Positions 38,744 to 51,642 of a DNA stretch of 64,000 nt are shown here, piece after piece; positions within the stretch are counted from its first letter, which is position 1, and each line of letters opens with the position of its first letter. This stretch comes from Octopus sinensis (lineage: Eukaryota): contig NC_043016.1 in the NCBI RefSeq assembly GCF_006345805.1, positions 16,182,001-16,246,000 of the forward strand, read 5' to 3'. Under the pieces are notes generated by a model. The model ran no database searches and was not told the origin of the DNA. It saw nothing but the letters and a program-made list of their open reading frames with translations. The position numbers and the translations under genes are program-made.

Positions 38744-39660
38744 AGCAGTATCGGCTTCTAACTTAGCTTCTCTTTGTTCATTCTTTAAAACTAGCACTTG
38801 GTATTCTTGGTCATCAATACATTTACCACCAAAATGTAATAACCAGTTTTCTAAATGTAATGTTTTCTTCGTTTTCTTTTTTAGTTTAACAGTTTCTTTG
38901 ATAGTCGATCTGTAAATGCCAGATTGGGAAGGAGTCTCAACATTGATTCCATCTTGAGATAATTGATGACAAACTGTTGCTGCTTTTTGAGTTGATAGCT
39001 TGGAAGATATTACTAACTTGGTTGTAGTTCCAGTTTTGCTATAGTTCCTCCTTGTTTCTGTGGATTCTTCATCTGATTTTTCGAACTCTTCATATTCACT
39101 TTCAATCTCATCTTCAGACGTTGACGATGACACTGGAATTGCTTTGGTCGAAGTTGGCATTAAGGACACCTTTCTTCTTTTGGATGGATGGATAGTTTTG
39201 GAACTGGCTGCCTTTCCAGTTCCTTACCCAACCTGTCCCATGCTTTTTTCAATTTGAAGATAATATAACCCTTTATCCTCATTGCACAGCCGTTCACTAT
39301 TTTCCTTTGTGATGTCAAAAATTTCTTTCAATGAATCGTATTTTCCTCGTTTTACACATTTATCGTAGGTATTCAGCACTTTTTCTACTTTTGCTTGTAC
39401 ATCTTGAATTGATAAATATGGGAAATTTAATTTCTTTTGCCATACAAAAGTTACTTCTTTCGAAATTTCCTTTGTTCTTTCTTTCCTTCCTTTGATGGTA
39501 CCTCCAAGGAACAGGTAGCGACCGACAATTTGAAGTTTCATAGGTATCCTGCAGTTGCTTTCCAAAGAATGCTCGTCTACAGGAACAAGGAGAGGAAGAG
39601 GATATTTCCTAAAGTAGGGTCTAAGTGGTAACAAACTAAAAACTCTATAATTCCTAAACT
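38740..39660 (-). pseudogene. Transposase-like ORF fragment (possibly hAT-related), truncated by a microsatellite
   Basis: ORFs 39224-39787 and 38438-39169 join: ..LSTQKAATVCHQLSQDGINVETPSQSGIYR..LHLENWLLHFGGK..EYQVLVLKNE; recalls invertebrate transposase-like proteins with an LH(F/W)DGK motif (from memory, unconfirmed). Confidence 0.45.
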
Positions 39661-42119
39661 GCTTAAACTTGAAAGCTGAAATTTGAGATATACTGCTTCT
39701 GCATTGCATTAAGTCAGCACACCAAGTTTGGTAAAAAGTTGAGTAGGCGTTATGAACCCCACTAAAATTTTGTATAATTTGGGTCAAAAGTGGTATTAGA
39801 TTTCTTCAGTTGGGAGTGTTGTTGTTTTAAAAAACACTTAAAATAAAGGTTATTTTCCCTACTCATATGAAATTGCTGATCGACTTTTGATACAGGAAAT
39901 TGTTTACTTTCAAAAAATCAAAAAGTCATAACCCTAATTTCTTTTGCTTTCCGTCTATCAAGTTCACACTCAAGGCGTTGGTTGACATGGGACCATAGTA
40001 GAAGACATTTGCCTAAGATGTCGCATGGTTGTAAAGCAAGTTTCTTGACCACAGTCATGCTTGAAACTAATTGAGGAACTAAGTTCCTTATGTTCAATCT
40101 TTCAACTAATTTTTTTTTTAGAATATTCACAAATATTTCACAATTCTTTATGGCAGACATTTTAAGTAAGATACCCGAAATATCTTCATGTACACATTTC
40201 CAGTAAGAGATTCTTGATTTTATGATTTTATAACCTTCTCAATAATTATATCACTACAGTCATATTCTGGAAACAATTTTTGCCATCTCGTACCTTACGA
40301 CATTGGTCTTATTCAAATCTACTTTAGCTTTTCTTTCTCTCTTTTTTTTTTGCCGCTTAAAATTAGTTTTCAGTTATTTTCTAATAATTAGCTGTTTCAT
40401 TAGCTTTATTTGGATGATTACTTTTTAATGATGAAGAAATTATGAGAGTTTTTAACGCTTCATTCGGAAACCTACTTTTATATAAAGGACGCATGTTTAT
40501 TTTTGTTTTCTTGATAGAGCGTTCTTTCAATAAGACCCTAATGTAGAGTATTCCCTGTGGTATTAACAACGGTTTTTTTAAAAAATTATTTCTTTGCCTC
40601 GCTTGGCATTAGTTAAGAATCTTATCCTTTCTCTAATTGCAACAAAAAGAAAAATGACAACGATGAACTATTTATAAAATATTTGGAAAATAGAAAGTGA
40701 TTAATTTAGATGTGTCATCGGAAAAAGTGTAATTGGTACACAAAACCCCCAACCTTAATTCCACAAGTTTGGTCTTTTTCTTTGAATCTCCAGTTAAAAC
40801 TATGAAACTAGGATATAATAGGTCTAATAATTGCACTTAGGGTTTTATTATGATGTTAATTATACAAGATGACATTTTATCCCAATTTTGTGAATGATCG
40901 GAGTTGTTTTTTAATTAAAAAATTAATGACACTAATTTGGTAGCCTAAACAAAGCACCAAAAGAACTGTAAAAATAATAATCAGATTATCATTTTAGTAA
41001 CAGAAACCTAATTTTTGGTAAAATAACCGCATTTTAGAGAAATAGGACAATCTTGCATTCCCCCGCCCCGCTTCTAACATTTGCAACATTTTCAAAGGAA
41101 AATTGAATTCCTTACTCTTTTACTTGTTTCACTCATTGGGTCGAGGTTGCTGTCACAAAGCGATCATTAAAAACTCGATTTTTATTCATATGAAGCATTA
41201 GCATTAATGGATTAAATCAAGTGGGGAAAACGATAACGAAATTATTGTCTCCGTATTCAAAACAAGAGGTAAATGCAGCAGTTAAGAAGATCTTGCTGCG
41301 TGGCCAAATGGTTAGAATGTTTGGTTTAGGATCGCAGGGTCGTGGATTTAATTCCTGTATCGGGTAGCACTTTAGTGACATGAGGCTATATGACCGGCCC
41401 CAACCACTTGTGAATGTGAAGCAGATTATATCATGGAGCAGTGCCTTGTCTGCCTTGTACTATCAAATCCCTGCAGCACAAAAGACTCCTTGAGAAGTTC
41501 TATAAAAATACAAAAAAAAAAAACTGTAAGGAATTGGGAAACTGTCATATAACCATTACAGTTCGAAGAACGCAGAGAAGAGTATGACTACTATAGTCAG
41601 TATTACTACCAACACTTTCGCTAACATCAACATTATCGTCGTTATCAACATTATCATCATTATCTATGTCATTATCGTCACTTTGGCCACCACCACCACC
41701 ACCACCGCTAAACTCTGACGTGTTAATAAGAACTGCTTACCAAATAAGGTAATTCCAGCAAGACAAAAACAAAGGCATTTTGTGACTTTGAGCGCAAGAT
41801 CTGCGGTTCGAGCGCTGGGTGGGGTGACTATATCGATTACATCGAGATCAGTACTTGGTTGCTTCTTTATTTTACCGACACTTAAATTAATATATTTCTT
41901 GGCAAAGTCCTAATCATTGATAATGGACGTGTGAAGAATGGGAATCCGGTATCTAGAGTGGTGGCCAGAAACTCAAAGCGCTCCACTGACTGACCGGAAA
42001 ATTGTAGAAGTATGACGTTTTGGATATAGTTCTTCGCCGAAAACAAAGAAAAAAGTCCGGGAAAGAGGAGAAAGGCAGGAGGAAGAGATATATATAAAAA
42101 AAAAAAAGAAAAGAAAGAG

Positions 42120-42480
42120 AGGAGAGCCAAGTAAAAACGCATGTGGGTAATTCACATGGTCGAACTCTGACTAACCGGAAGTGTGAGGAGTAATTGTGTT
42201 TTTTAGTGACAGGAAAGTGTCTGTTGAGTGTGTAGTGACGTTATACAACAGTGCGCGCGCGCAACGTCATTTTCAGTGTGCGGGTGCGGAACGTCCTTCT
42301 TCAGTGTGCGTGTGCGGGGTTGGAGCCTTCTGGAAAGGCAGAAGGGAAGTGCCCTCTCGGACATGCGCGAAGACTGAAGAAGGAATTGCTGATGTGGCAT
42401 TAGCTGATAGGCGAGGGACAGCGTTCCCTTAACAAGGACACAGAGAGACACGCATAGCAGCAGAAGCAGAACGCCTTCAT
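42120..42480. promoter_or_regulatory. Candidate promoter/regulatory island
   Basis: Unique CpG-richer sequence with ETS-type ACCGGAAGTG (42174-42183) and an inverted TGACGTT/AACGTCA pair (42236-42269) around (GC)n. Confidence 0.3.
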
Positions 42481-43182
42481 ACGAGATTGTGGCAGACCTA
42501 TTTTCTCCGCTGTCTCTGGACGCTAAGATTTGACCTGCTCTGTTTTGCTGCTGAACTTGTTGTAAGATTCTTACAAGTGTTAAAGTTCAGCCTCGCCACA
42601 CCAGAACCAATTGGATACCAAAATACCACCTTACTTCTTTCTGTGAATAAGAAAATAAAGAATATATATATTTTTAAGGTTGCGTTCGTGTTCTTGACTG
42701 GTAGATTCTGGAAATTAAAGAACGGAAATTGTGTTGCACCTGAGTTGCACCCCAAAAGTGTAAGAAGCAACGAGTTCCCGTTACAAGTGTGTGTGTGTGT
42801 GTTATTTTATTGAGAAATAAAGGAGGACGTGAATAATAATGAGCTGGCGAGCGGGTAGAGACCCTAAAAGTCGACCCCGATACATTTTTGCAGACGGCAG
42901 CTTTTCCTGGTAAGCCTCAAGGACAATGTCCAGAAATCTTTGGTCAAGTATTGCTATCGAAGAACAACAGTAACAGTTGGTAACAAACTAGCTGTATTAG
43001 AAGATCAATATAAAACAGCAGAGCGTGTCGTAAAACAGGGGTAGGCTGAGTAGTCAATACTGACACCTAGTGTCTATCTGGCTACCCAAGGGATCCAATA
43101 AACACCTGTAATGATTCTGAGCAATAAGGGTACAAAATTAACAGCGAATTGACTTTAGAAGACTGGGAAGAATGCAGTAATA

Positions 43183-43705
43183 TCTATATATAAACGGCAG
43201 TTTGTCTGTCTGTGTGTCTGTGTGTCTGTCAGGTTGTACCCTCACCCTGACCACGGCTTTCAACCGATTCTGATGAAACTTGACACACACATAGCCCAAT
43301 GTCATAATTCAAAACTAACGCAGCGAAAATTTTGAAAAGTTCCCCCAGTTCTGAAAAAAAATCGATAAATTCGACATGGGTCGAGAATCTAAGCTTTTTA
43401 TATGCAACACATTTTCTACAGACTGTCTAGGGGACACAACTCGACCTTTTTAACTCTCGGAACATGTGGGGTAAGTATCCCAAAATGTATAAAAATGTAC
43501 AAAAACGGCAAAAAAGCGGGCTGCAATGTGAGTGACAACAACGAAAAAGTCAAAAGTGACCAAACTGAACAAACGAATGGAAAAGGTTTTTTGGTGCACA
43601 CGACAAAAGCGCCTTCGTTCCCTAGAGGGAAAGGACTAGATTGGGATTAGTCGTTGCCTACTAGGGGCTCTTACATACCCGAGCAACGCCGGGCTATGCT
43701 GCTAG
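43183..43705 (+). mobile_element. Non-autonomous Helitron-type element (second family)
   Basis: A|TCTATATA start, cccgagcaacgccggg hairpin, CTAG|T end, no TSD. Confidence 0.85.
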
Positions 43706-43835
43706 TTTAAAGCTAAAAGTTTGTAATTTCCAGCCAAATATCGATGCAATAACGAATATTCCATACTAAATATTCTGATTATATATATATATATATGATA
43801 ATAATATTACAAATATAATATATATATATATTATG

Positions 43836-45103
43836 CAGGATGTTCGGGATAAACTTTACCGTGTGCATAAAAGGAAAAGAAAACACAAAATTCCATTTTA
43901 AAAAATCAAAAAAATATGAACTAGGTTATGGCTGGGAGATAATAGTTTACTCAAAGTAGCCTCCACCCTCAGCTTCCCCCCTGGTCCCAGAACGGCTCCT
44001 GAACCTGGCAATTGCGTTCCTCATTGTCCATGGGAAGAGCTTCTAACACTTCCTTGATCCTGGCTTCTAGCTGGGCCTTGGTGTCTTTCGCAAACTCATC
44101 CCACGCATAGAATTACAAATGTGGGAATTAAGAAGCCAGAAATTGGGGCTGATGGAGACGTGGAAATTCTCTGACAGCCACTTCTGACTCTTTCTGGAAG
44201 GGAGCTGAACTTGCTGCCGCACATGACCTTCCAACAAAAACTTCCTCCAGCCAGGGATTGACCACAGTCTCCAGCAGCTTCACATAGCTGTCCTATTTGA
44301 GCTTAAGGCCTCTTCAAAGATGAGGCGATGACATCTGGCGTGCGGACTCAGCCAGAACGACTGCTGTGTCCCTTCATGTTAGCCACAGTTTCGTAGTTTC
44401 CGTTGCAGCTGTCCATGTCACATCTTACCGCCTTTATAGTGTCCACAGAGCATCGAACAGCATTCATGATGTCAGCATTCTGATACCCTGCATAAATCAT
44501 CATGATACAGGTAACTGTTTTCCAATATTCAGATAGCTTCCTTAAGGCGGCGAGTTGGCAGAAAGGTTAGCACGCCGGGCGAAATGCTTAGCGGTATTTC
44601 GTCTGCCGCTACGTTCTGAGTTCAAATTCCGCCGAGGTCGACTTTGCCTTTCATCCTTTCGGGGTCGATTAAATAAGGACCAGTTACGCTCTGTGGTCGA
44701 TATAATCAACTTAATCCCTTTGTCTGTCCTTGTTTGTCCCCTCTGTGTTTAGCCCCTTGTGGGCAGTAAAGGAATAGTTATTTCGTCTGTCTTTATGTTC
44801 TAAGTTGAAATTCTGTCGAGGTCGTCTTTGCCTTACATCCTTTAGGGGGTCGATGAATTAAGTTCCAGGTGCGTACTGCGGTCGATCTAATCGACTGGCT
44901 ACCTCCCCAAAAATGTTTGGGCCTTGTGTCTAGAGTAGAAAAGAATATTCAGATGGCTTCCTGCCCTCCATGTCAGCAAACTTTTTCACAACTACAACTT
45001 TAATCTTTATGCTCTCCAACACCATGGACAATTCACTAATATATCAAGCTGTTTCTAGAAAAGGAAGGCATAAAAACTCATTAAATTTATACAGAACATC
45101 CTG
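43836..45103 (-). mobile_element. Internally deleted Tc1/mariner-superfamily element (DD37D/maT-like)
   Basis: TIRs caggatgttcgggataaact (43836) and the complement ending 45103 (16/20 match); minus remnants YVKLLETVVNPWLE..RQQ(D)SAP..SRKSQKWLSENF..W..NS..C..YAW. Confidence 0.65.
44543..44943 (+). mobile_element. Dimeric SINE inserted as one unit, 19-bp TSD
   Basis: aatattcagat(a/g)gcttcct at 44524-44542 and 44944-44962 flanks two related SINE units. Confidence 0.85.
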
Positions 45104-45169
45104 TGTGTTTGCATTTATATAATACATGCCAGCAACTAAGAGGATGGGCGGCAATGTTCATGGGTCGAC

Positions 45170-46424
45170 TATGAAGGAGTGGTGCTAGAAATATTGTGAA
45201 ATATTGCATGCATTAATTTCAACCCTTTTTATTAATAACTGCGTTGTTTCATTCCAGGTAGATTGGCATCTACCTGTTCAAAGAAGACTTCAAACATAAC
45301 TAGTAGCAACTTCTTTCGAAAATGGACAAAATTTGGCATAGGGCTGTCATCAAGTACCTGCAGAAAAAGGGTTTAACCCCAAAGGACATTCATACTGACA
45401 TGGTTGCTATATTATGGGATGAACACCTCAGCTTTATCAACAGTGCAAATGTGGGCAACTGTCTTTGGGAGGGGAAGGAAGAGTCTTGAAGATGTCCCAC
45501 CGACTGGACGCCCTGCAGCTGCCACCTCCAAGGAAAACATTGATCGTGTTCACTACAAGGTGATCGATGACAGGCGATTTACTATAAATCAGATAGCCAA
45601 TGCTATTACCATATTCCGAGAGAGTTGAGAATATTCTGCACACTGAACTTTGAATGACGAATGTTTCTGTTCGGTGGGTGCCACGCCTTTTGACACATGA
45701 TTAAAAGTGCACCAGGCTGTTCTAGTCACGGGAAAATCTGACATTGTTTGAGGCAAATCCAGCTGATTTCATTGAACTCTTCCTAACTAAAAATGAGTGC
45801 TAGGTTCACCACTTTGAGCCAGAGACAAAGAGAAAGCTATGTATTAGAAACATCCCTCCCCACCTGCTCCAAAGAAGATCAGGGTTGTTTCATCTGCAGA
45901 GAAGGTGAAGGCCTTAGTTTTTGGGGATGTAACAGGCATCGTGTTTAATGACTATCTTCAAAAGGGTCACACCCTCAATGGAGAGTACTATGCCAACTTG
46001 TTGAGGCAGTTATGAAAGGCTATCAAGACCAAATGGTCAGGAAAGCTGACGAAAGGTGTCTTATTTCGCCAGGAGAATGCTCCAACATACAAGTCCTTGC
46101 TTTCAATGGCTGTTGTGCATGACCGTGGCTTTGAACTGGTTGATCAGCCTCCTTGCTCTCCTAATTTGGCCCCATCTGACTATCATCTGTTCTTCAACAT
46201 GAGAAAACACTTTACTGGGAATCAGTATTGCAGTGTTGATGACGTCATATCTGATGTTGATTATTTTTTGACCAACAAGCTGAAAGTTTCTTCACCAATG
46301 AGATCTAAGCATTGCAACACCGAAAGACTACAAAGGGCACTATGTTGGAAAATAAAACCTCATTTGGTTACATTCCATGAGAGTATCTTTGTCAGCCAAT
46401 AAACTTTTCAGCCGTTCCTCGAAT
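45170..46424 (+). mobile_element. Mariner element, transposase pseudogene (about 45322-46340)
   Basis: MDKIWHRAVIKYL, GRP, RWVPRLLT, (D)EC*VHHFEPETK, ENAP, QPPCSPNLAPSDYHLF; right TIR aaacttttcagccgttcctcg at 46401-46421; many stops and frameshifts. Confidence 0.9.
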
Positions 46425-47432
46425 ATCATTTAAATTTTATTTTCTTCATCAATTTCATTAAGTATTTTCATTAGATTTCTTAAAGTTCTTCTATTTAAAA
46501 AAAGCAGTTATAAAACGAAAGAACAAAGGGATCATTTTTAAATCAAGAATTTTTCTTATTTATTTTAAGTTTTATTTTTATTTTGGCAATTTACATGATG
46601 GGGTCAATAAGTTATCAACGATTCTACCAAAGGGTCAATGGCATTATAAGTTTGTCGATCCCTGAACCAAGATATAGCATTGAAGATGAAACGTCTGTAT
46701 GAGTGATTAATTATCGATGACTCGTTTGGGAGTCTGCTTGCGTCGAACAGTTAGGAGATGAAGTACAAAATGGCGTTGAAGGCGGAACAATAGATTTTAG
46801 CCTTATTTTTGAAGTAGAAGTGTCAGACGAAGCTGAACAGTTTGAAGCTGTTTTCTTCTTTCTAACGAAACTTTCAGTGTTTAACCCCGATAACATTTCA
46901 AATGGAAGCCAAAGTCGAGGAGAGGAAAGTCCCGGGTTTCAATAAATGTTTTGAAAAGTGGGTGGATGTGAATTCACGTACCCAGGCGGTTCATCGTGCT
47001 CGTTTCGTTTACAATCTGACGACAGCAGGAAGAAGAAGCTTTTCCCTATGGGCACAGTCACTACTTTGTAAGGGTGTCGTATGTTCTAGGTCGGTGTCCC
47101 TTGTTCTGGGTGTGTGTATGTGTGCGTGCGTGCGTGCGTGCATGCGTGTGTATGTGTATTTTACGTATAAACTGTATTTTCGTAACTGCAAATTGTCTGC
47201 GTGTTTGTATGCTTATCTCTGTCTGTCTGTCTGTCTGCTTGCCCTCCCCCGCCTCCCCCTCTCTCTCTCCCTCCCTGTTTCATTTCTTTTTCATAAAATC
47301 TCGAATTCGGTGACCCCCAAATATTTTATTTTGGAAATGACCTGGAAGAATGGTTCTGTGGTATTCTATTTCCGCGGTATCTCTAAATAACCGAACTCAT
47401 GAAATATGTATATATAAGAAATACATACAAAC

Positions 47433-47480
<48 letters not shown>

Positions 47481-48176
47481 TGAAATATATATATAAAATG
47501 ATATAAATATATATATATTATATATATATACCTATATACATGCATATTTGTACATACTTACATACATATGTATATATATATATATATATATACTTACATA
47601 CGTGTGTGTATATACGTATATATATATGCATATATGGGTACAGGACGTCACAGACATTAATTTATTTAAAAAATTATAAAATCAACAAATGGCGACGTAT
47701 AACCCCCACCCCACCCAAAAATGTAGGGGAGCGGAAGAGGTTAGCGAAAAAAAAAAGAGGGAGGGGAAAGGATGGGTGGGTGGGAAACTCTTCTTCAAGA
47801 TTATTAACGATTACTTCCTCTCTCCTGGTCAGGAAATACAATATTTAACAACAACAACAACAACAACAACAGCAACAACGGCAAATACCCCCGCATCCCC
47901 GCCACCATCGTAAAAATCCGAGCATGACAGCAACATCCGCACCAACTAAAACAGCAACTACGTTACTAGTGTTGAGCCCAGTAGCAGCAGAAGCAAAGTC
48001 ATTGACAATAGGAACAATTACAACAACAACAGCAGCGGTAACAGCAACAACAACAACAACAACAGCAGCGGTAACAGCAACAACAACAACAACAACAAGA
48101 AGCACGGCACTCTCACGCAGCAGATTAAAACGCTGACAACCAATAGAAAAGACGTTAGACGTTAGATACAGATATA

Positions 48177-49067
48177 TCTATATATATAAAACTGTAGTTG
48201 TGTGAGTGTCTGTCTCCTTCGATTTAGATTCCTAACTACTCCCACATTTTGCGGTGCAGTTTAACCAAATTCGGGTATCTTATAGTCGTGATTAATATCG
48301 AGCCCGTCTGGGTATTAGCGCGCGTCTACGATGAGTCTACGATTTTAAAAATAATTTAACATCATTTTTCATTCCATTTTAATGCATAATTTTTCGTGTG
48401 TCGATGGCGGCGGAGTTGGCGTCCATGGTCACACCTGCACCTGTTTGCTTCTCCCCCTTCTTCCCTCCCTCGTGAAGCTGTGGGGAAGGGAGTGTAAGGA
48501 AATCAACGTCGTAAAGCGTTGTCAAGGAGACCAGCGTTCTTTTAGAACAACGACTTCATGGCTTGAAGACACCAAAACAGAAATGGCTAAGAAAGCCCGA
48601 ATTGGCATCTATAAGGGAAGTAACTCTCTAAAAATGCTTATATAGTTATTTCCCTTACAAACCCGAGCAACGCCGGGCGATACTGATAGTCTATATATAT
48701 AAAAGTGAAGTTGTGTGTCTGTCTCGTACGATTTAGATTCCTAACTCCTCCCACATTTTGCGGTGCAGTTTAACCAAAAGCGGGTATCTTATAGTCGTGA
48801 TTCATATCGAGCCCTTCTACGATGAGTCTACGATTTAAAAAAAAATTTACCATCAATTTTTTCTATTTTAATGCATTTTTCGGTACTATATAAGGGAAGT
48901 AACTCTCTAAAAATGTCTACGATGAGTCAACGATTTAAAAAAAATTTACCATAATTTTTTTTCCATTTTTAATGCATTTTTTGGCTATATTTTGGCTATA
49001 ACTCTCTAAAAATGCTTATATAGTTATTTCCCTTAGAAACCGAAGCAACGCCGGGCGATACTGCTAG
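48177..49067 (+). mobile_element. Two head-to-tail Helitron-type units
   Basis: Unit 1: TC 48177 to hairpin+ATAG 48689. Unit 2: TC 48690 to hairpin+CTAG 49067. Same family as 14041-14726. Confidence 0.85.
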
Positions 49068-50174
49068 TCAAATATACAGCATAAATTCATGATTTATTAA
49101 AATTCTTCTTGTCTGTAGAGGATGTATCATAACTACCGAAATGGCAATTATGACCGGTTCCACTTGAGAAGGAGAGATAAACTCAAGAATCAAGAATTTC
49201 TGCGAAATGAATGTCGTTAAGGAAAAGGTGCCATTTGGTAACTAGGAAACAATCTCTATTCAAATACATATCATTGGGTTCTTTGAGTTATCTCTCTTTG
49301 ATCAGTATTGTATGAATTATGCCAATTAGCCTGGCTGTAAATGAATTTTAGTCTCTTTTTGTATAAATCTAATTCCTTTGATGAGTGGAAATAAGGTTTA
49401 ACAACTGTTGTGCTGATAACGATTATTAAGCCAGGAACATGTACCCTCAACAGCCAGCCTACATTCGGACAATAAGCCTGTCCTTTTCCTTAATGACATG
49501 TCAACACTGGAGAATCTTTGAGTGTCCCTTTGGCGTACCTCCTCCGGCAATATCTGTAGTCTCCTTACTAAAACCCCAGCTGTTTTGTGACTTTTCGTGG
49601 TATAATTTATTATCTTTGCTTACCTTTTTTTATTTTATTTTTATGACTTCAAGACTCGTGACTTTTCTTACTTTTTTTGTACTTTTTTCATCTAAGGGTG
49701 CTTACATTCATTTTTACCCCTTTTCACCTGAGAGCTCCTATCTGTGCTTACCTCTTTCCCCCTCTTTTGACAAGAGGACTCCTGACTGAGCTATATAAAA
49801 GAGCAATCAATTAACTCTCTCATTTGTATCCTCCTGAAATTGAAGCCGATAGCATCAGGCAAACTCATTTTACCTACTTTTACCTACAACATTTAAAAAA
49901 AACTTCAATAGACGTGTTATTTTGACAGAGGAAACAACAGTCAAATGATAAAACAATGTTATGGATACAACACAAGAAACAAACCCTTGTGCACTGTGGG
50001 CCCTAATACGCAAGGAAAACGAAAGCATGACAAAGTTAGGGAATACAAGCCTGTACTTCGCTGTCTTCGGAAGGCCTATTAAACATCACATTCTGTTCGG
50101 AAAGGAAACACTTTTTTATTATACATCAACAACAGATTTGTATGAAATTTTAGAGTTGATATACTTTTTGTAAT

Positions 50175-50325
50175 GGGTGGCTGTGTGGTAAGAAGTTCAC
50201 CTCCCAACCACATAGCTCTGGGTTCAATCCCATTGCGTGGAACCTTTGACAATTGTTGTCTACCATATCCTGGATCAACCTTGTGAAGAAATTTGTCAAA
50301 CGGAAACTGAAAGAAGCCCATCGTG
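50175..50325 (+). mobile_element. tRNA-derived SINE head
   Basis: gtggctgtgtggtaagaag..cccaaccac..gggttcaatccc. Confidence 0.75.
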
Positions 50326-50486
50326 TGTGTGTACAGCTAAATCATATTTGGGTTGAAACCTTGTAGGATGCTATGTAAAGCTTGTCCAAAGTTTTTGGCT
50401 ACCTGATGTCATCAACAGTAGAAATGCACATGCTACTGGATTTACTTCAGGGATTTCTTGGTGTCTGTAGGGTTTATATAAAAATG

Positions 50487-50953
50487 GATCAGAGACAGAT
50501 AGAATTCAAGACATTCTTTATTCAAATTCACTGCAATTGTTGTGACTCATTCTGCACATGTAGCTCATAGGCGAGATGCTGTGCGATCAATCGCCTTGCC
50601 TCACAGAAAGCGTAGAACGTTGCCTTTTCAGGTGAACTTTTTTAAACAATTACCTCACTATTTCTCCTTACCATTTCACCTTGCTTATAACAAGGCATAT
50701 TTCAGAAAAAAAACAGTATCTTCAGAGAACTGCTACTACCCAGATATTTTACATTGTTATAAAGCTAGGAGAAATGGCAAGGAGTAATAGCAAGGCACTA
50801 GTTTAAAAAGTCACCTAAGAAGGTGTATTCGACACCTGTGATGCAAGATAACTAACCGCACAGCATCCCACGGCTACAGGTGCAGAATGAGTGGAAACAA
50901 TTGCAGTGAGCTTAAATAAAGAATCTCATTAATTCCGTTATCTGTCTCTGATC
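50487..50953. mobile_element. MITE-like fold-back element, about 155-bp imperfect TIRs
   Basis: 50487-50647 vs 50801-50953; outer 15 bp (gatcagagacagata) match perfectly. Confidence 0.75.
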
Positions 50954-51088
50954 TATGTACATGCACACTTACACACACACACATGCACGCACACACACAC
51001 ACACACACACACAGGCACAAACACTGATGTATGTATGTATGTATGTATGTATGTATGTATGTATGTATGTGTGTGTGTACATGTATGC

Positions 51089-51126
<38 letters not shown>

Positions 51127-51157
51127 ATATTTCTTTTTTTTCTTTTTTTTTTCCTTT

Positions 51158-51500
51158 TTTACTTGTTTCAGTCATTTGACTGCGGCCATGCTGGAGCACC
51201 GCCTTTAGTACTTATTCTATCGGTCTCTTTTTGCCGAACCGCTAAGTAACGGGGACATAAGCACACCAGCATCGGTTGTCAAGCAATGCTAGGGGGACAA
51301 ACACAAACACACACATACATATATATATACATATATACGACAGGCTTCTTTCAGTTTCCGTCTACCAAATCCACTCACAAGGCATTGGTCGGCCCGGGGC
51401 TATAGTAGAAGACACTTGCCCAAGATGCCACGCAGTGGGACTGAACCCGGAACCATGTGGTTGGTTAGCAAGCTACTTACCACACAGCCACTCCTGCGCC
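51158..51500 (-). mobile_element. Full-length tRNA-derived SINE with internal (CA)/(TA) microsatellite
   Basis: Minus 5' end ggcgcaggagtggctgtgtggtaag..gggttcagtccc; 3' tail gaaacaagtaaaa. Confidence 0.9.
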
Positions 51501-51531
<31 letters not shown>

Positions 51532-51551
51532 TATATATATATAATATATAT

Positions 51552-51642
<91 letters not shown>

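Noticed and set aside
46670-46705. ttgaagatgaaacgtc near-hammerhead
   Set aside because: C3 missing and no stem II; compatible with chance.
46711-46896. 61-aa Ser-rich minus ORF as a host gene start
   Set aside because: No convincing splice donor, no recognisable domain, short enough to be chance.
49105-49155. CUGUAGA-GG..CC-GAAA-UGGCAAUU motif
   Set aside because: Core altered, stem II only 2 bp, stem I mostly wobble pairs, no PLE context.
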